Shown: positions 35,399 to 44,312 of the stretch, in pieces
Layout: each line of letters begins with the position of its first letter
How positions within the stretch are numbered: the stretch's first letter is position 1
Assembly: GCA_038891615.1 (NCBI GenBank)
Contig: JAWADY010000002.1
Location: forward strand, 64,994-128,993
Length of the DNA: 64,000 nucleotides
Direction of reading: 5' to 3'
Origin: Candidatus Woesearchaeota archaeon
Lineage (GTDB): Archaea; Nanobdellota; Nanobdellia; Woesearchaeales; ARS49
Made by a program: the position numbers and the translations under genes
Notes under the pieces: generated by a model
What the model was told of the DNA's origin: nothing
The model's input: the letters and a program-made list of their open reading frames with translations, nothing else
Database searches by the model: none

Positions 35399-36628
35399 GT
35401 GCAAATGGCATTATTGATTGAGAGATACGCTCCTCAAAGCCTTGCACAGATACCGCAGCCAGGGATTTCAGTTTTGCGCAACTGTGTAAAAAAACAGCTT
35501 GAAGGCAAGCTCAGTGGCAAGGCAGTTTTTATTTACGGGCCAACCGGTTGTGGAAAAACAACTGCTGTCAAATGTCTTGCAAGAGAGCTTGGACTTGAGC
35601 TTTTTGAACTAAATGCCTCTGATTTCAGGTCTTCAAAAGACCTAGAAGTGACGCTGATGCCAGCAGTTAGTCAATCGAGTCTTTGGGCTGCCAGCCGGTT
35701 GATACTTCTTGATGAGCTTGATGGCCTTGACCCCTCAGAAGATGGAGGCGCGGTTGGCACAATTTTAGCAGCGATAAAGCTTTCAAAACATCCAATTGTG
35801 CTTGTTGCAAACGAGCCGTGGACAGCTCAGCTGGCTCCGCTCCGCGAAAAGGCAATTCTCATCGAGTTTCAAAAAATACCAATTAAAATTATTTTCAACA
35901 CCCTCAAGAACATTTGTCAGAAAGAAGGAACGGCTTATGATATGCAGGCACTTGCATTGCTTGCCCAAAAGTCATCGGGGGATCTTAGGTCAGCACTCGT
36001 GGATCTTGAGCTTTTGTTGCCTAGAGGCGTGGCGCTAAAAGATGTTCAAGAGCTTGCATCAAGAGATGCATCCAAACAAATGAGCGAAGCCCTTTTTACA
36101 ATCTTTAAGCAGACAGACCCAAATGCGGTTGTTGGTGCTTTTGACAAGACAGGCGAGGAACTAACTACTTCAATGCTTTGGCTGGATGAAAATCTTCCTC
36201 GAGAGTACCTTAATCCAGCAGACCTTGCGCGGGCTTATGAAGCCCTAAGCAGAGCAGATGTTCATCTTGGAAGGATAAGACGCTCCCAACATTGGAGGCT
36301 GCTTAACTATGCAGGCATCATGATGACCTCAGGCGTTGCTGTTGCCAAGTCAAGTGTCAATGCTTACGCGAACAGATACACAAAAACAAAAAGGCTTTTC
36401 AGGCATTGGCAACTCAACAGGCAAAATAGTATTGCAAAATCAATAGCCAGCAAGTTTTCTGCTTTAAGCCATCTGTCAACAAGAAGAGCATTTCAGACAT
36501 TGCCTTTTTTGAAAAGGCTGCTTTCTAGTGCTTTTGGGGATGCTGTCGCAAAAGATGTTGGTTTAACAGATGAAGAGGTTGGCTGGCTTTTAGGAAAGGC
36601 AAAGGCAAACGGGCTGTACTTACAGTAG
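35399..36628 (+). CDS. rfcL: replication factor C large subunit-like AAA+ protein
   Basis: Motifs are RYAPQSL, Walker A GPTGCGKTT and Walker B LILLDELD, with a helical lid. The TATA-like TTTAATAAA at ~35373 suggests a near-leaderless mRNA, so the ATG at 35405 may be the true start. Confidence 0.75.
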   Translation: MQMALLIERYAPQSLAQIPQPGISVLRNCVKKQLEGKLSGKAVFIYGPTGCGKTTAVKCLARELGLELFELNASDFRSSKDLEVTLMPAVSQSSLWAASRLILLDELDGLDPSEDGGAVGTILAAIKLSKHPIVLVANEPWTAQLAPLREKAILIEFQKIPIKIIFNTLKNICQKEGTAYDMQALALLAQKSSGDLRSALVDLELLLPRGVALKDVQELASRDASKQMSEALFTIFKQTDPNAVVGAFDKTGEELTTSMLWLDENLPREYLNPADLARAYEALSRADVHLGRIRRSQHWRLLNYAGIMMTSGVAVAKSSVNAYANRYTKTKRLFRHWQLNRQNSIAKSIASKFSALSHLSTRRAFQTLPFLKRLLSSAFGDAVAKDVGLTDEEVGWLLGKAKANGLYLQ

Positions 36629-36667
36629 CGTTAGTTATTTAAAGCACACCAAGCTTTTGCACATAAA

Positions 36668-38152
36668 ATGAAATACGAGGATGTCATCAATCTTGCACTT
36701 AGAAGGGGAATCTTTTTCCTCTCTTCAGAGATTTATGCAAACGCACCAGCAGGCTTTTATGATTATGGTCCTTATGGTGCTGCAATAAAGCGAAAAATCA
36801 TTGAGCTCTGGCGTAAGCAATTCGTTCAGAAAGAAGAGATGCTCGAGATTGATGGTTCTGTGCTAATGCCCGAAGAAGTTTTTATCTCTTCGGGCCATCT
36901 AAGAAGTTTTGCAGACCCTATAACAAAATGCACTAAGTGCAGTTCAACTTTCAGAGCGGATACTCTTTTAGAAGAAGAGGGCAAGCTAAAGCTAAAAGAA
37001 GGGGCAAGCGTTGAAGAGCTGACAGCCGCGCTAAAAAAGCTTGGTCTTCTCTGTAAGAAGTGTAAAGGTCAGTTGTCAGATGTCTTTCGTTCAAGTCTCA
37101 TGGTCAAGGCAGAAGTTGGAATAGCAAAAAAGTCTCCACTTTATCTTCGGCCAGAAACATGTCAAAGCATTTTTTGCGACTGGGCCAGGCTGCTAAAAAC
37201 AATGAGGATTTCACTTCCAAAAGGGATTGCACAAACAGGCAGAGCTTTCAGAAACGAGATTTCACCAAGGCAGACTCTTCTTAGACAGGTAGAATTTTCT
37301 CAGATGGAAGCAGAGATTTTCTTTGACCCAGAAAAGATAAACGAATTTGGACGTTTTGAGGAGCTTGAAAACTACGAGTTGCGTCTCTTACGCATTGGCA
37401 AGAAGACTGTTGAGAATGTCTCTTGTCGAGATGCTGTTAACAAGGGGCTTGTTTCAGGAAAGCTCATAGCATATTTCCTTGCAAGGCTTCAACAGCTGTA
37501 TACAAGCTTTGGCTTGCCACTCCATTCAATGCGCTTTCGTGAGATTGACAAAGATGAAAGACCTTTTTATTCTAAAGAGACTTGGGATTTTGAGGTTGAA
37601 ACTTCTCTTGGGTGGCTCGAGCTCGTTGCGAACAATTACCGAACGGACTACGACCTCAAAGGTCATGCAGCCGGTTCTGGTAAAGATCTCAGCTTTGTTG
37701 ACGAGAAAGGAAGAAAGTTCATTCCGCATATTTGGGAGGTTTCAGCAGGGCTTGACAGAACCTTTTATGCAATACTTGAACACGCGTACAAAAAAGAAGG
37801 CGAAAGGACACTTCTCACTCTAGCTCCAAAGATTGCTCCGCTTCACGCAGCAGTCTTTCCTCTTCTCTCAAACAAGCCAGAGCTAATAACAAAGGCTCAA
37901 ACGGTTTATAGGAAACTTCTTGAAAGCGGCTTTGAGGTTGTTTACGATGAGACAGGAAGCATAGGCAAAAGGTACGCAAGGATGGATGAAATCGGCTGTC
38001 CCGTCTGCATAACGATTGACTTTGAAAGCCTTACAGCAGAAGATGTGACAATTCGCGATCGCGATACTACAAAGCAAAAACGCATAAAGATTGCCAATCT
38101 TCCAAATGCGCTCGCGAGCATTACCTCAGGAACACCATTTGAAAAGATTTAA
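36668..38152 (+). CDS. glyS: glycyl-tRNA synthetase (archaeal/eukaryal alpha2 type)
   Basis: The sequence RRGIFFLSSEIYANAPAGFYDYGPYGAAIKRKI is the hallmark N-terminus, and the class II core plus anticodon-binding domain are present. Confidence 0.93.
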   Translation: MKYEDVINLALRRGIFFLSSEIYANAPAGFYDYGPYGAAIKRKIIELWRKQFVQKEEMLEIDGSVLMPEEVFISSGHLRSFADPITKCTKCSSTFRADTLLEEEGKLKLKEGASVEELTAALKKLGLLCKKCKGQLSDVFRSSLMVKAEVGIAKKSPLYLRPETCQSIFCDWARLLKTMRISLPKGIAQTGRAFRNEISPRQTLLRQVEFSQMEAEIFFDPEKINEFGRFEELENYELRLLRIGKKTVENVSCRDAVNKGLVSGKLIAYFLARLQQLYTSFGLPLHSMRFREIDKDERPFYSKETWDFEVETSLGWLELVANNYRTDYDLKGHAAGSGKDLSFVDEKGRKFIPHIWEVSAGLDRTFYAILEHAYKKEGERTLLTLAPKIAPLHAAVFPLLSNKPELITKAQTVYRKLLESGFEVVYDETGSIGKRYARMDEIGCPVCITIDFESLTAEDVTIRDRDTTKQKRIKIANLPNALASITSGTPFEKI

Positions 38153-38190
38153 AAGGTCAGCGCTCTCGACTTTTTTTCGCCGGGGTTAAA

Positions 38191-38264
38191 GGGGCAGTAA
38201 CTCAGCCCGGGAGAGTGCACGGCTGAAGACCGTGGTGTCGCCGGTTCAAATCCGGCCTGCCCCA
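38191..38264 (+). tRNA. tRNA-Phe (GAA)
   Basis: The hand-folded cloverleaf is GGGGCAG/TA/GCTC..GAGT region/CACGG-CTGAAGA-CCGTG/GTGTC/GCCGG-TTCAAAT-CCGGC/CTGCCCC-A. CCA is not encoded. Confidence 0.9.
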
Positions 38265-40454
38265 TTAGCCAAATCTAAGGGTTGCTGCCATTATTCTTAG
38301 GGCAATAAAGTTGAAAAGCAGAATCACAAATAGTGCAACGATGGTGTAAAGTGCTGTGCTTCTTATAAGATTCCTTCCAAGCACATAACGCTCGCCAAGC
38401 TTGTCAGCGCCGTTTTCTATGCCGTTTGCAAGGATAGTGAGTATTGCAATAATTTCAACAACATAGATGCCAACAACGAGCTGGAAATAATAAGTCGGTA
38501 TACCATCGCCAAGCAAGCTTGCAATTGAACTAAGCTTTTCTCCAACATCAGGAGTCTGGAGCTTTGAGAATTGGTGTGACAATGCGCCAATGATTGTTGT
38601 TATCATTGATGTTATCCCAATAACTATCCCTGCGATGGTGGGTGCAAGGAAGTTTATTTGTGATTTCATGTCTGCAATTATGTCAGCCATAAGGTCCTTT
38701 AGACGCTCATTAACCCTGTGTATCTCTTTTATGTACCTAGAGACATTCATGAGTGCTTGAGCAGCTATCTTTGGACCTTTCTTTATGCTTTCAACAAGCA
38801 CCTTCATTGAACTTTCCACTACTGCGCTCGGGAAGTATGTTAGTGCACCAATCCGTGGATGAAATATTGCGTCTCTCAATCCAAGTCCAAGCTTTCTTAT
38901 GTTCGTGGAGATGACGGCAAAGAAATTTCCTGAAACAGTTTCTCCCATAACCTCCGCAACGTTACCAACTGCCATTTCGGCAGGAATTCCATCACCAAGT
39001 CTATTTCCAAGTTGGAAAAGGGCAGATGCAAACTCTTCTTCAAGCCTTTTTGTTCGTTCTCTTATTTTTATCACATTGCTGCTTCTCATCCTAAAGTATA
39101 TGCCAAACCCTAACCCAAGCGCAAGTGGGAAAAGAAGAGATATGACAGAAGCACCAAGCCCATAAGGTCCGAGCTTTTTACCTACCAACCTTATCGAATC
39201 CCTGTATTCGAGAAGGCAGATAAGTCTTTTACATGTTGTTGTTTCTGTTTCAGCACCAAAACCCATATCAAATTCTGGTGAAAAGGCGTGAATAAGTAGC
39301 GGTGACATTGCGCCGATGAAGAGAACGCCTGCTATAACTACTGCTACAATTGCGGGATTAATTGTAAGTTCTGTTCTTCCAATCTTCAAAATAATGTTTT
39401 TGTACCTTTTCAGCTCTGGATTTATTTCTGAGATGTCGACATCTCCATATCCAGTTGGCCTTGTTGAAAGAATGTTTGTGCCCAGATGATAAACTCCAAG
39501 TGGCAGCAGTATGTTGTACAGAATGGCAACGTGATACCACTTTACTCCTTCGATAAAGCTTACAAGGAGAGGGAGTATAACAAGTCCAAGAACTGGAAGG
39601 ATTATTCCTAACATATGAAGGGTTGTTATTGGGCTCTTAAGATTATGGGCATAGTGCAGCATCTTTTCATAAGTCTCCTCAAGAATAACATCGAGGCTTT
39701 TGTCAAGGAGAGCCAGTCTTGCCTCTTCAGTAGGCTCGTAAAGCGAACCTTCAATAAGATGGAATGCTTCTACAAACTCTCTGTTCCAGTTTTTCCAGCC
39801 TTCAAGATAAACATCAAGGCTTTCCTTTACTGTATCATAAATTCCTGATTCTACATTCCACAAGACTTTCTTAAGGTCTAGAGAAAGAGGAGGCGCAAGG
39901 TGTTCTGAAGCAAATTGCAATGCAAGCTCGAGGTTCGAGGTATGCCGCATGTAGGTAACAACATAGAAAATGCATAGCACCATCTGATTTGATGCACGCA
40001 TTCTCCAGGTATTCGCAATTGTATATGGAAGATTTCCGAGAAGTGGAAAAAGCAGTATGCCAACAATAGTGCTCAGCATCGCGAAGAAGAACGAACCAAG
40101 AAGTATTGATATTAAAATTCCAAAAAGCATAACTGCAAGCGGTGCAACCGTTGAAAAGGCAACAGCCTCTTCAGGCCTTATTTCAAGGTGTGCAGTCTCG
40201 ATAGCCTCTTTTAGCTTCTCAAGCCTTTCTGTTTTGAGCCTAAGTCTTATCAGCTTTCCAGAGAACCTGCAGAGCTTTTCATAAAATGTCAGAGGTCTGG
40301 GAAACATTTCCTCCTTAAATTCCCTATACTCTCTTGTGATTATCCTTCTTGGAATTTGAGGAGGGCTCTGACCTAACTCCTGCTCAAGTCTTTCTTTGTA
40401 TTTTTGAACGAGAGACTTAACTTCTTCTTTTGCTCCTGGAGAGAGGTTGTTCAC
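38265..40454 (-). CDS. FlaJ/PilC/TadC-family polytopic membrane platform protein of a type IV filament system
   Basis: This 729-aa multi-TM protein has two cytoplasmic helical domains and lies immediately downstream of the ATPase. The GTG start is preceded by GAGGTGG. The stop abuts tRNA-Phe. Confidence 0.75.
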   Translation of the reverse strand: MNNLSPGAKEEVKSLVQKYKERLEQELGQSPPQIPRRIITREYREFKEEMFPRPLTFYEKLCRFSGKLIRLRLKTERLEKLKEAIETAHLEIRPEEAVAFSTVAPLAVMLFGILISILLGSFFFAMLSTIVGILLFPLLGNLPYTIANTWRMRASNQMVLCIFYVVTYMRHTSNLELALQFASEHLAPPLSLDLKKVLWNVESGIYDTVKESLDVYLEGWKNWNREFVEAFHLIEGSLYEPTEEARLALLDKSLDVILEETYEKMLHYAHNLKSPITTLHMLGIILPVLGLVILPLLVSFIEGVKWYHVAILYNILLPLGVYHLGTNILSTRPTGYGDVDISEINPELKRYKNIILKIGRTELTINPAIVAVVIAGVLFIGAMSPLLIHAFSPEFDMGFGAETETTTCKRLICLLEYRDSIRLVGKKLGPYGLGASVISLLFPLALGLGFGIYFRMRSSNVIKIRERTKRLEEEFASALFQLGNRLGDGIPAEMAVGNVAEVMGETVSGNFFAVISTNIRKLGLGLRDAIFHPRIGALTYFPSAVVESSMKVLVESIKKGPKIAAQALMNVSRYIKEIHRVNERLKDLMADIIADMKSQINFLAPTIAGIVIGITSMITTIIGALSHQFSKLQTPDVGEKLSSIASLLGDGIPTYYFQLVVGIYVVEIIAILTILANGIENGADKLGERYVLGRNLIRSTALYTIVALFVILLFNFIALRIMAATLRFG

Positions 40455-40482
40455 TAGTCCACCTCTTTTTGCAATTTAGCCC

Positions 40483-42753
40483 TTATCCAATCGCGAATTC
40501 CTTTTTAATACTCCTCTTGAGCCACTCATTCCATTCGAAAAATATTCTTTCTGTATCAAGCCTTCCAACTTCCTCAAGTATCTTATCCGAGATGTTGTGG
40601 AAGGCATCATTTGCAGTTATAACAAACTTTGCCTCAAGAATGTCTGGTCTTTTGAGAGCTCTGGCTGTCTCAACCAGCGTTTCTTTGATTCTTGCTCTTA
40701 AGTTTATGTTCTCCCACACTGCATCCCAGTTGCCAGCCCATTCTTTTACATTTGAAGCAATTGCCTTTAGCACATCGCTGTCGCCAGCAAGAAGGTCTTG
40801 TGTTGGCTGCAGCGTGTCTGTGCGCACATCGTATCTCATCAAATCAACGAAACCTTTCTCTGCAAGAGGGTCTTCTTCCCAAAACTTTCTTACTTCTGTG
40901 ATTTGGGTTATCCTTCTCCACCTATGCAGGCCATCTGGACTTCTTATCGGATTTGCCACAACAATGAGATCTGTCGCCTTAAAGGATGTTCTTGGAACAC
41001 CAAGGTCATTAACAACTCTATCAAAGACACCGTACGGGCTGTCGCCGTGAATCGTTCCAGCAACGACATTTGCGAGGGCACCAACTCTCATTGCTTCGTA
41101 GAGCGCGCGAGCCTCAACAGACCTTACTTCTCCTATGATAAGGCTGCTGTCTCCCAGCCTAAGTGTTGTACGCAAGCCTTCTTCTGCAGGCACTTCTGTT
41201 GTTCCACGGGTCAATGCGCTGGCTACCTTCATAGATTGAATGTTGTAGCCAAGCTCGCGCAGAGAGCTAACTGGTAACTCAAGTGTATCTTCTATGGTCA
41301 ATACTCTTATCCTGCGCATTATCTCTGTCATAAGCGATGCCAGAAAAGATGTTTTTCCTGCAGATCTTGTACCTGCGATTAGCATTGTTCGCGCGCCATC
41401 GATGCAAAAGCTCAGAATGCCTGCGCCAAGAGGGCTAATCATTCTGTTTTCTATGAAAAGTGGAAGAGTCCATGGCTTGTCGCGATGCCTCCTGAAGCTA
41501 TACGCAATACCTGTTGGGTTCAATGGAGCTGTTATTGCCGCAATCCTTGCACGCGCTCTTGGTATAATAAGTTCTGTATCAAGAATTGGATTTGCCTCAT
41601 CAAAAGGCCTATTCGAGAGAAGTCTCAGCTTTGAGGCCCAGCTTTCAGCCTCGCTTGCTGTTGGCACAATGTTTGTCATGCAGTCAGCATAATCAGCCTG
41701 TACAACAAATATTGGAATCCTGCCCATGGGACTGTTAACCGAGATATCCTGTATTTTTTCATCCTGAAGAAGAACTTCAACAAGTCCAAAGCCAACTGTG
41801 TACCTCACTAGGATGTTTGCAAGCTCCTGCAGTTCTTTTTCTCGAAGTTTCAGGCCGCGATACTCCGCAAGTTCCTCAAGAAGGTCAGAACCAATCCGCT
41901 CAAAAACCTGCCTCATACGCTCCGGGTCTACGAACTCTGAGCGTTTTGGCTTGTGTTCTACGATAATATTTCTCGCAGAATCAAGGAGCTCATACTTCTC
42001 CTCACTAAGCTTGAATTCTGGAGGAATAATATGATAAAGGTATTGTACCGTGTTCGGTAGGGAAAAGATGTTGACTTCTGTTCCATTTACAATGTAGCTC
42101 TCAAGCAGCTCTGCATCCGGCGGAAAGCTTGACATTAGTTTGGTAAACATAAAGTCTGGCTTTATTGTCGGCGAAAATATTCTTCTATAAATGTCCCTCT
42201 CGCCAACCTTGTATCCTGCTAATTGCTCTTTTGCAAGCTTGATGAGTGTTGTTTGTTGGAGTAAGCCAAGTGCGTCCTCCACTGCCTTAAGATAGCGCTG
42301 CAGGCACCTCTGGCCTTCGGGAGAGGCATGCTTAAGATATTCTCTTTCTCGTCTTGCAATGCGCTCCAGCTCAACATAAGCTCCCACAGGATCGCTTTTT
42401 AGCATTGTATGTAGGATTGACTGCAGCTCTGTGTATCTCCTTGTTAACCATTTCAAGCACGTCATATCAGATAAGAAGCCATACGCCAATCTTCTGCGTA
42501 GCAGCTCCTTGTACGCAATTGCTATCTCATTAAGTATTGCTGTTTGAGTGCCATCATATTCATAATCGCGCTTTTGCACAAAAACAATTCTTGTAACTGT
42601 GCCAACCTCTGCAAGAATGTCAATTGTCATTGACATTGTTTTTGGAGAATCTTCAATTGAGGGAAAAAATGTGCAGGCCTCTGCATCTATTCTAAGAATT
42701 ATCTCCTCACCTTCTCTTATAATCTCGTAGCTGAAACAACCTCTATCAGGCAT
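40483..42753 (-). CDS. FlaI/PilB/VirB11-family type IV filament assembly ATPase with an enlarged N-terminal region (~756 aa)
   Basis: Motifs are Walker A IAGTRSAGKTSFL, Walker B/Asp box RVLTIEDTLEL and His box VAGTIHGDSP. The start is set to the ATG at 42753, preceded by GAGGTGGGAGG; the track start at 42780 is a TTG. Confidence 0.85.
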   Translation of the reverse strand: MPDRGCFSYEIIREGEEIILRIDAEACTFFPSIEDSPKTMSMTIDILAEVGTVTRIVFVQKRDYEYDGTQTAILNEIAIAYKELLRRRLAYGFLSDMTCLKWLTRRYTELQSILHTMLKSDPVGAYVELERIARREREYLKHASPEGQRCLQRYLKAVEDALGLLQQTTLIKLAKEQLAGYKVGERDIYRRIFSPTIKPDFMFTKLMSSFPPDAELLESYIVNGTEVNIFSLPNTVQYLYHIIPPEFKLSEEKYELLDSARNIIVEHKPKRSEFVDPERMRQVFERIGSDLLEELAEYRGLKLREKELQELANILVRYTVGFGLVEVLLQDEKIQDISVNSPMGRIPIFVVQADYADCMTNIVPTASEAESWASKLRLLSNRPFDEANPILDTELIIPRARARIAAITAPLNPTGIAYSFRRHRDKPWTLPLFIENRMISPLGAGILSFCIDGARTMLIAGTRSAGKTSFLASLMTEIMRRIRVLTIEDTLELPVSSLRELGYNIQSMKVASALTRGTTEVPAEEGLRTTLRLGDSSLIIGEVRSVEARALYEAMRVGALANVVAGTIHGDSPYGVFDRVVNDLGVPRTSFKATDLIVVANPIRSPDGLHRWRRITQITEVRKFWEEDPLAEKGFVDLMRYDVRTDTLQPTQDLLAGDSDVLKAIASNVKEWAGNWDAVWENINLRARIKETLVETARALKRPDILEAKFVITANDAFHNISDKILEEVGRLDTERIFFEWNEWLKRSIKKEFAIG

Positions 42754-42867
42754 GTGAAGTCCTCCCACCTCTTTGAGCAAAGGTTTTTAGCACTTTGACA
42801 TGGTTACACAATTTATTATCCTGCTAAGCAAAACCTTATTAAAGCAAATTTATAAGCTTTTGCAAAA

Positions 42868-43368
42868 ATGCCTGAAGAACTGCTGCCGCCGATAGGAACT
42901 AATATCGCGCCTGAACCCGCAAGCCAAGCTACAGAGCCATCCCAACAGCCAAAGCGCCTTTTCAAGTCAAAAATGCCAGAAACGACAGAGCTTTCATCGC
43001 TGCGTGAGGAACTTCTATCACTCAGCACCCGTCTAAGAGTGTCCGAAGAGCGCTATGTTGACTTTCGAAGAAAGCTTCAACTTCTAGAGCAAAACCTTCT
43101 TTCAAACCACAAACGGGTAATGGAAGAAATAAAGCTCCTGCTCTCAGAAACAACAGAGCTAAAAAAGAAGATTGATGAGATTGAAAACAAACTCCTTCTT
43201 ATTGTAAAGGAATTACAACTCACAGCAAAAAGAGAAGATGTGGAAGTAATGAAAAAGTATTTTGAACTTTGGAGCCCAGTTAGTTTTGCAACAATTTCTC
43301 AGGTTGAGAAAATGATTGCAGAAGCGCTACAGGAACGGCAAGGAGATGCCGAAGAAGAAAAGACATGA
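42868..43368 (+). CDS. coiled-coil protein, 166 aa, divergent from the ATPase gene
   Basis: Heptad-rich sequence (LREELLSLSTRLRVSEERYVDFRRKLQLLEQNLL...IDEIENKLLLIVKELQL). No enzymatic motifs. Confidence 0.6.
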   Translation: MPEELLPPIGTNIAPEPASQATEPSQQPKRLFKSKMPETTELSSLREELLSLSTRLRVSEERYVDFRRKLQLLEQNLLSNHKRVMEEIKLLLSETTELKKKIDEIENKLLLIVKELQLTAKREDVEVMKKYFELWSPVSFATISQVEKMIAEALQERQGDAEEEKT

Positions 43369-43470
43369 TGACTTGCCCTAGAGCAGCTTCTCACTCCAAT
43401 CTTCAAACCAGAAACCTTTATAAAAGCCACATTCCAAATTCGTTCAAGAGCAAGCTTAAAAGAGGAAAAG

Positions 43471-44184
43471 ATGCCTTTGTTCGGCCTTTTTGGTAAAAAA
43501 AAGGAAACCCCTCCTTCGCCTTTTGAAGGGCTTAAGCAAGAGCTTGCACCTCCCCTTGTTCAACGAGTCATTTCGCTTCAGCAACAAGGCCTTTCAAACA
43601 GCCAAATCATCGAGGCTCTCCAAAGAGAGGGCTTTGCTCTTGACAAAATTGTGGAAGCATTGAATCAAGCCGCTGCACCTCCGCCTGCTGGGCCCATTCC
43701 TACGGAGATGCCACAAGCCCCTCCACCAACTCCACCGTCAGAGCTTCCTCAAGCTCCTCAACCAGTGCCTGCACCGCCTGCAATGTATCCTGCTGAATAT
43801 CCTGAATATACCTATCCAGCTTACCCAGCCTATCCTGCTGAAGAAATACTTTCCCGAGAGAATGTTGAGGCAATTGCTGAGTCGATAGTTGAGGAGCGTT
43901 GGAAGGAGGCTACAAAAGAGCTTACAAAGTTGAGTGAATGGAAGGAAGCTTCAACAAGAAGACTTGACAAGCTTGAGCAGTCTCTTACGGACCTTAAAGC
44001 TGACATTGATAACCTTCACAAAGCACTCGTTGCAAAAATAAGCGAATACGACAAGAGTCTCATTGATGTTGGCGTAGAACTTAAGGCGATGGAAAAGGTT
44101 TTTCAGAAAGTGCTTCCAAGCCTAACAGAATCTGTTTCAGAACTATCACGAATTACGCAGCGGGTAAAAAAGGCAAAGAAGTAA
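43471..44184 (+). CDS. coiled-coil protein, 237 aa, with an N-terminal amphipathic peptide and a Pro-rich linker
   Basis: The N-terminus is MPLFGLFGKKKE. A small helical module (GLSNSQIIEALQREGFALDKIVEALNQA) is followed by a P-rich spacer and a C-terminal coiled coil (...EYDKSLIDVGVELKAMEKVFQKVLPSL). Confidence 0.6.
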   Translation: MPLFGLFGKKKETPPSPFEGLKQELAPPLVQRVISLQQQGLSNSQIIEALQREGFALDKIVEALNQAAAPPPAGPIPTEMPQAPPPTPPSELPQAPQPVPAPPAMYPAEYPEYTYPAYPAYPAEEILSRENVEAIAESIVEERWKEATKELTKLSEWKEASTRRLDKLEQSLTDLKADIDNLHKALVAKISEYDKSLIDVGVELKAMEKVFQKVLPSLTESVSELSRITQRVKKAKK

Positions 44185-44312
44185 CTTCATAGTGCATTTC
44201 GTTGGGCACTTTTGCGCCCAAATCATTGCAGCTTATCTAAATTTTTATGAGATTTTAATTTTTAAAGGCGAGAACAGTTATATTTTTAAACAGCCTCCAT
44301 CTCTTTTGTTGA

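Noticed and set aside
40430-41692. Several plus-strand ORFs (206, 159 and 132 aa)
   Set aside because: All lie antisense inside the FlaI/PilB-type ATPase gene, whose Walker and His-box motifs fix the coding strand. The products are S/L/C-rich nonsense.
38265-44184. Calling the ATPase/platform locus an archaellum (fla/arl) operon
   Set aside because: No archaellin, FlaF/G/H or FlaC/D/E-like genes could be recognised next to it. Only the generic type IV filament assignment is supported from the sequence.
44202-44221. Hairpin TTGGGCAC-TTTT-GCGCCCAA after the second coiled-coil gene as an intrinsic terminator
   Set aside because: It is a single imperfect 8-bp stem without a following T-tract, and archaeal termination does not require hairpins. 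The evidence is too weak to annotate.
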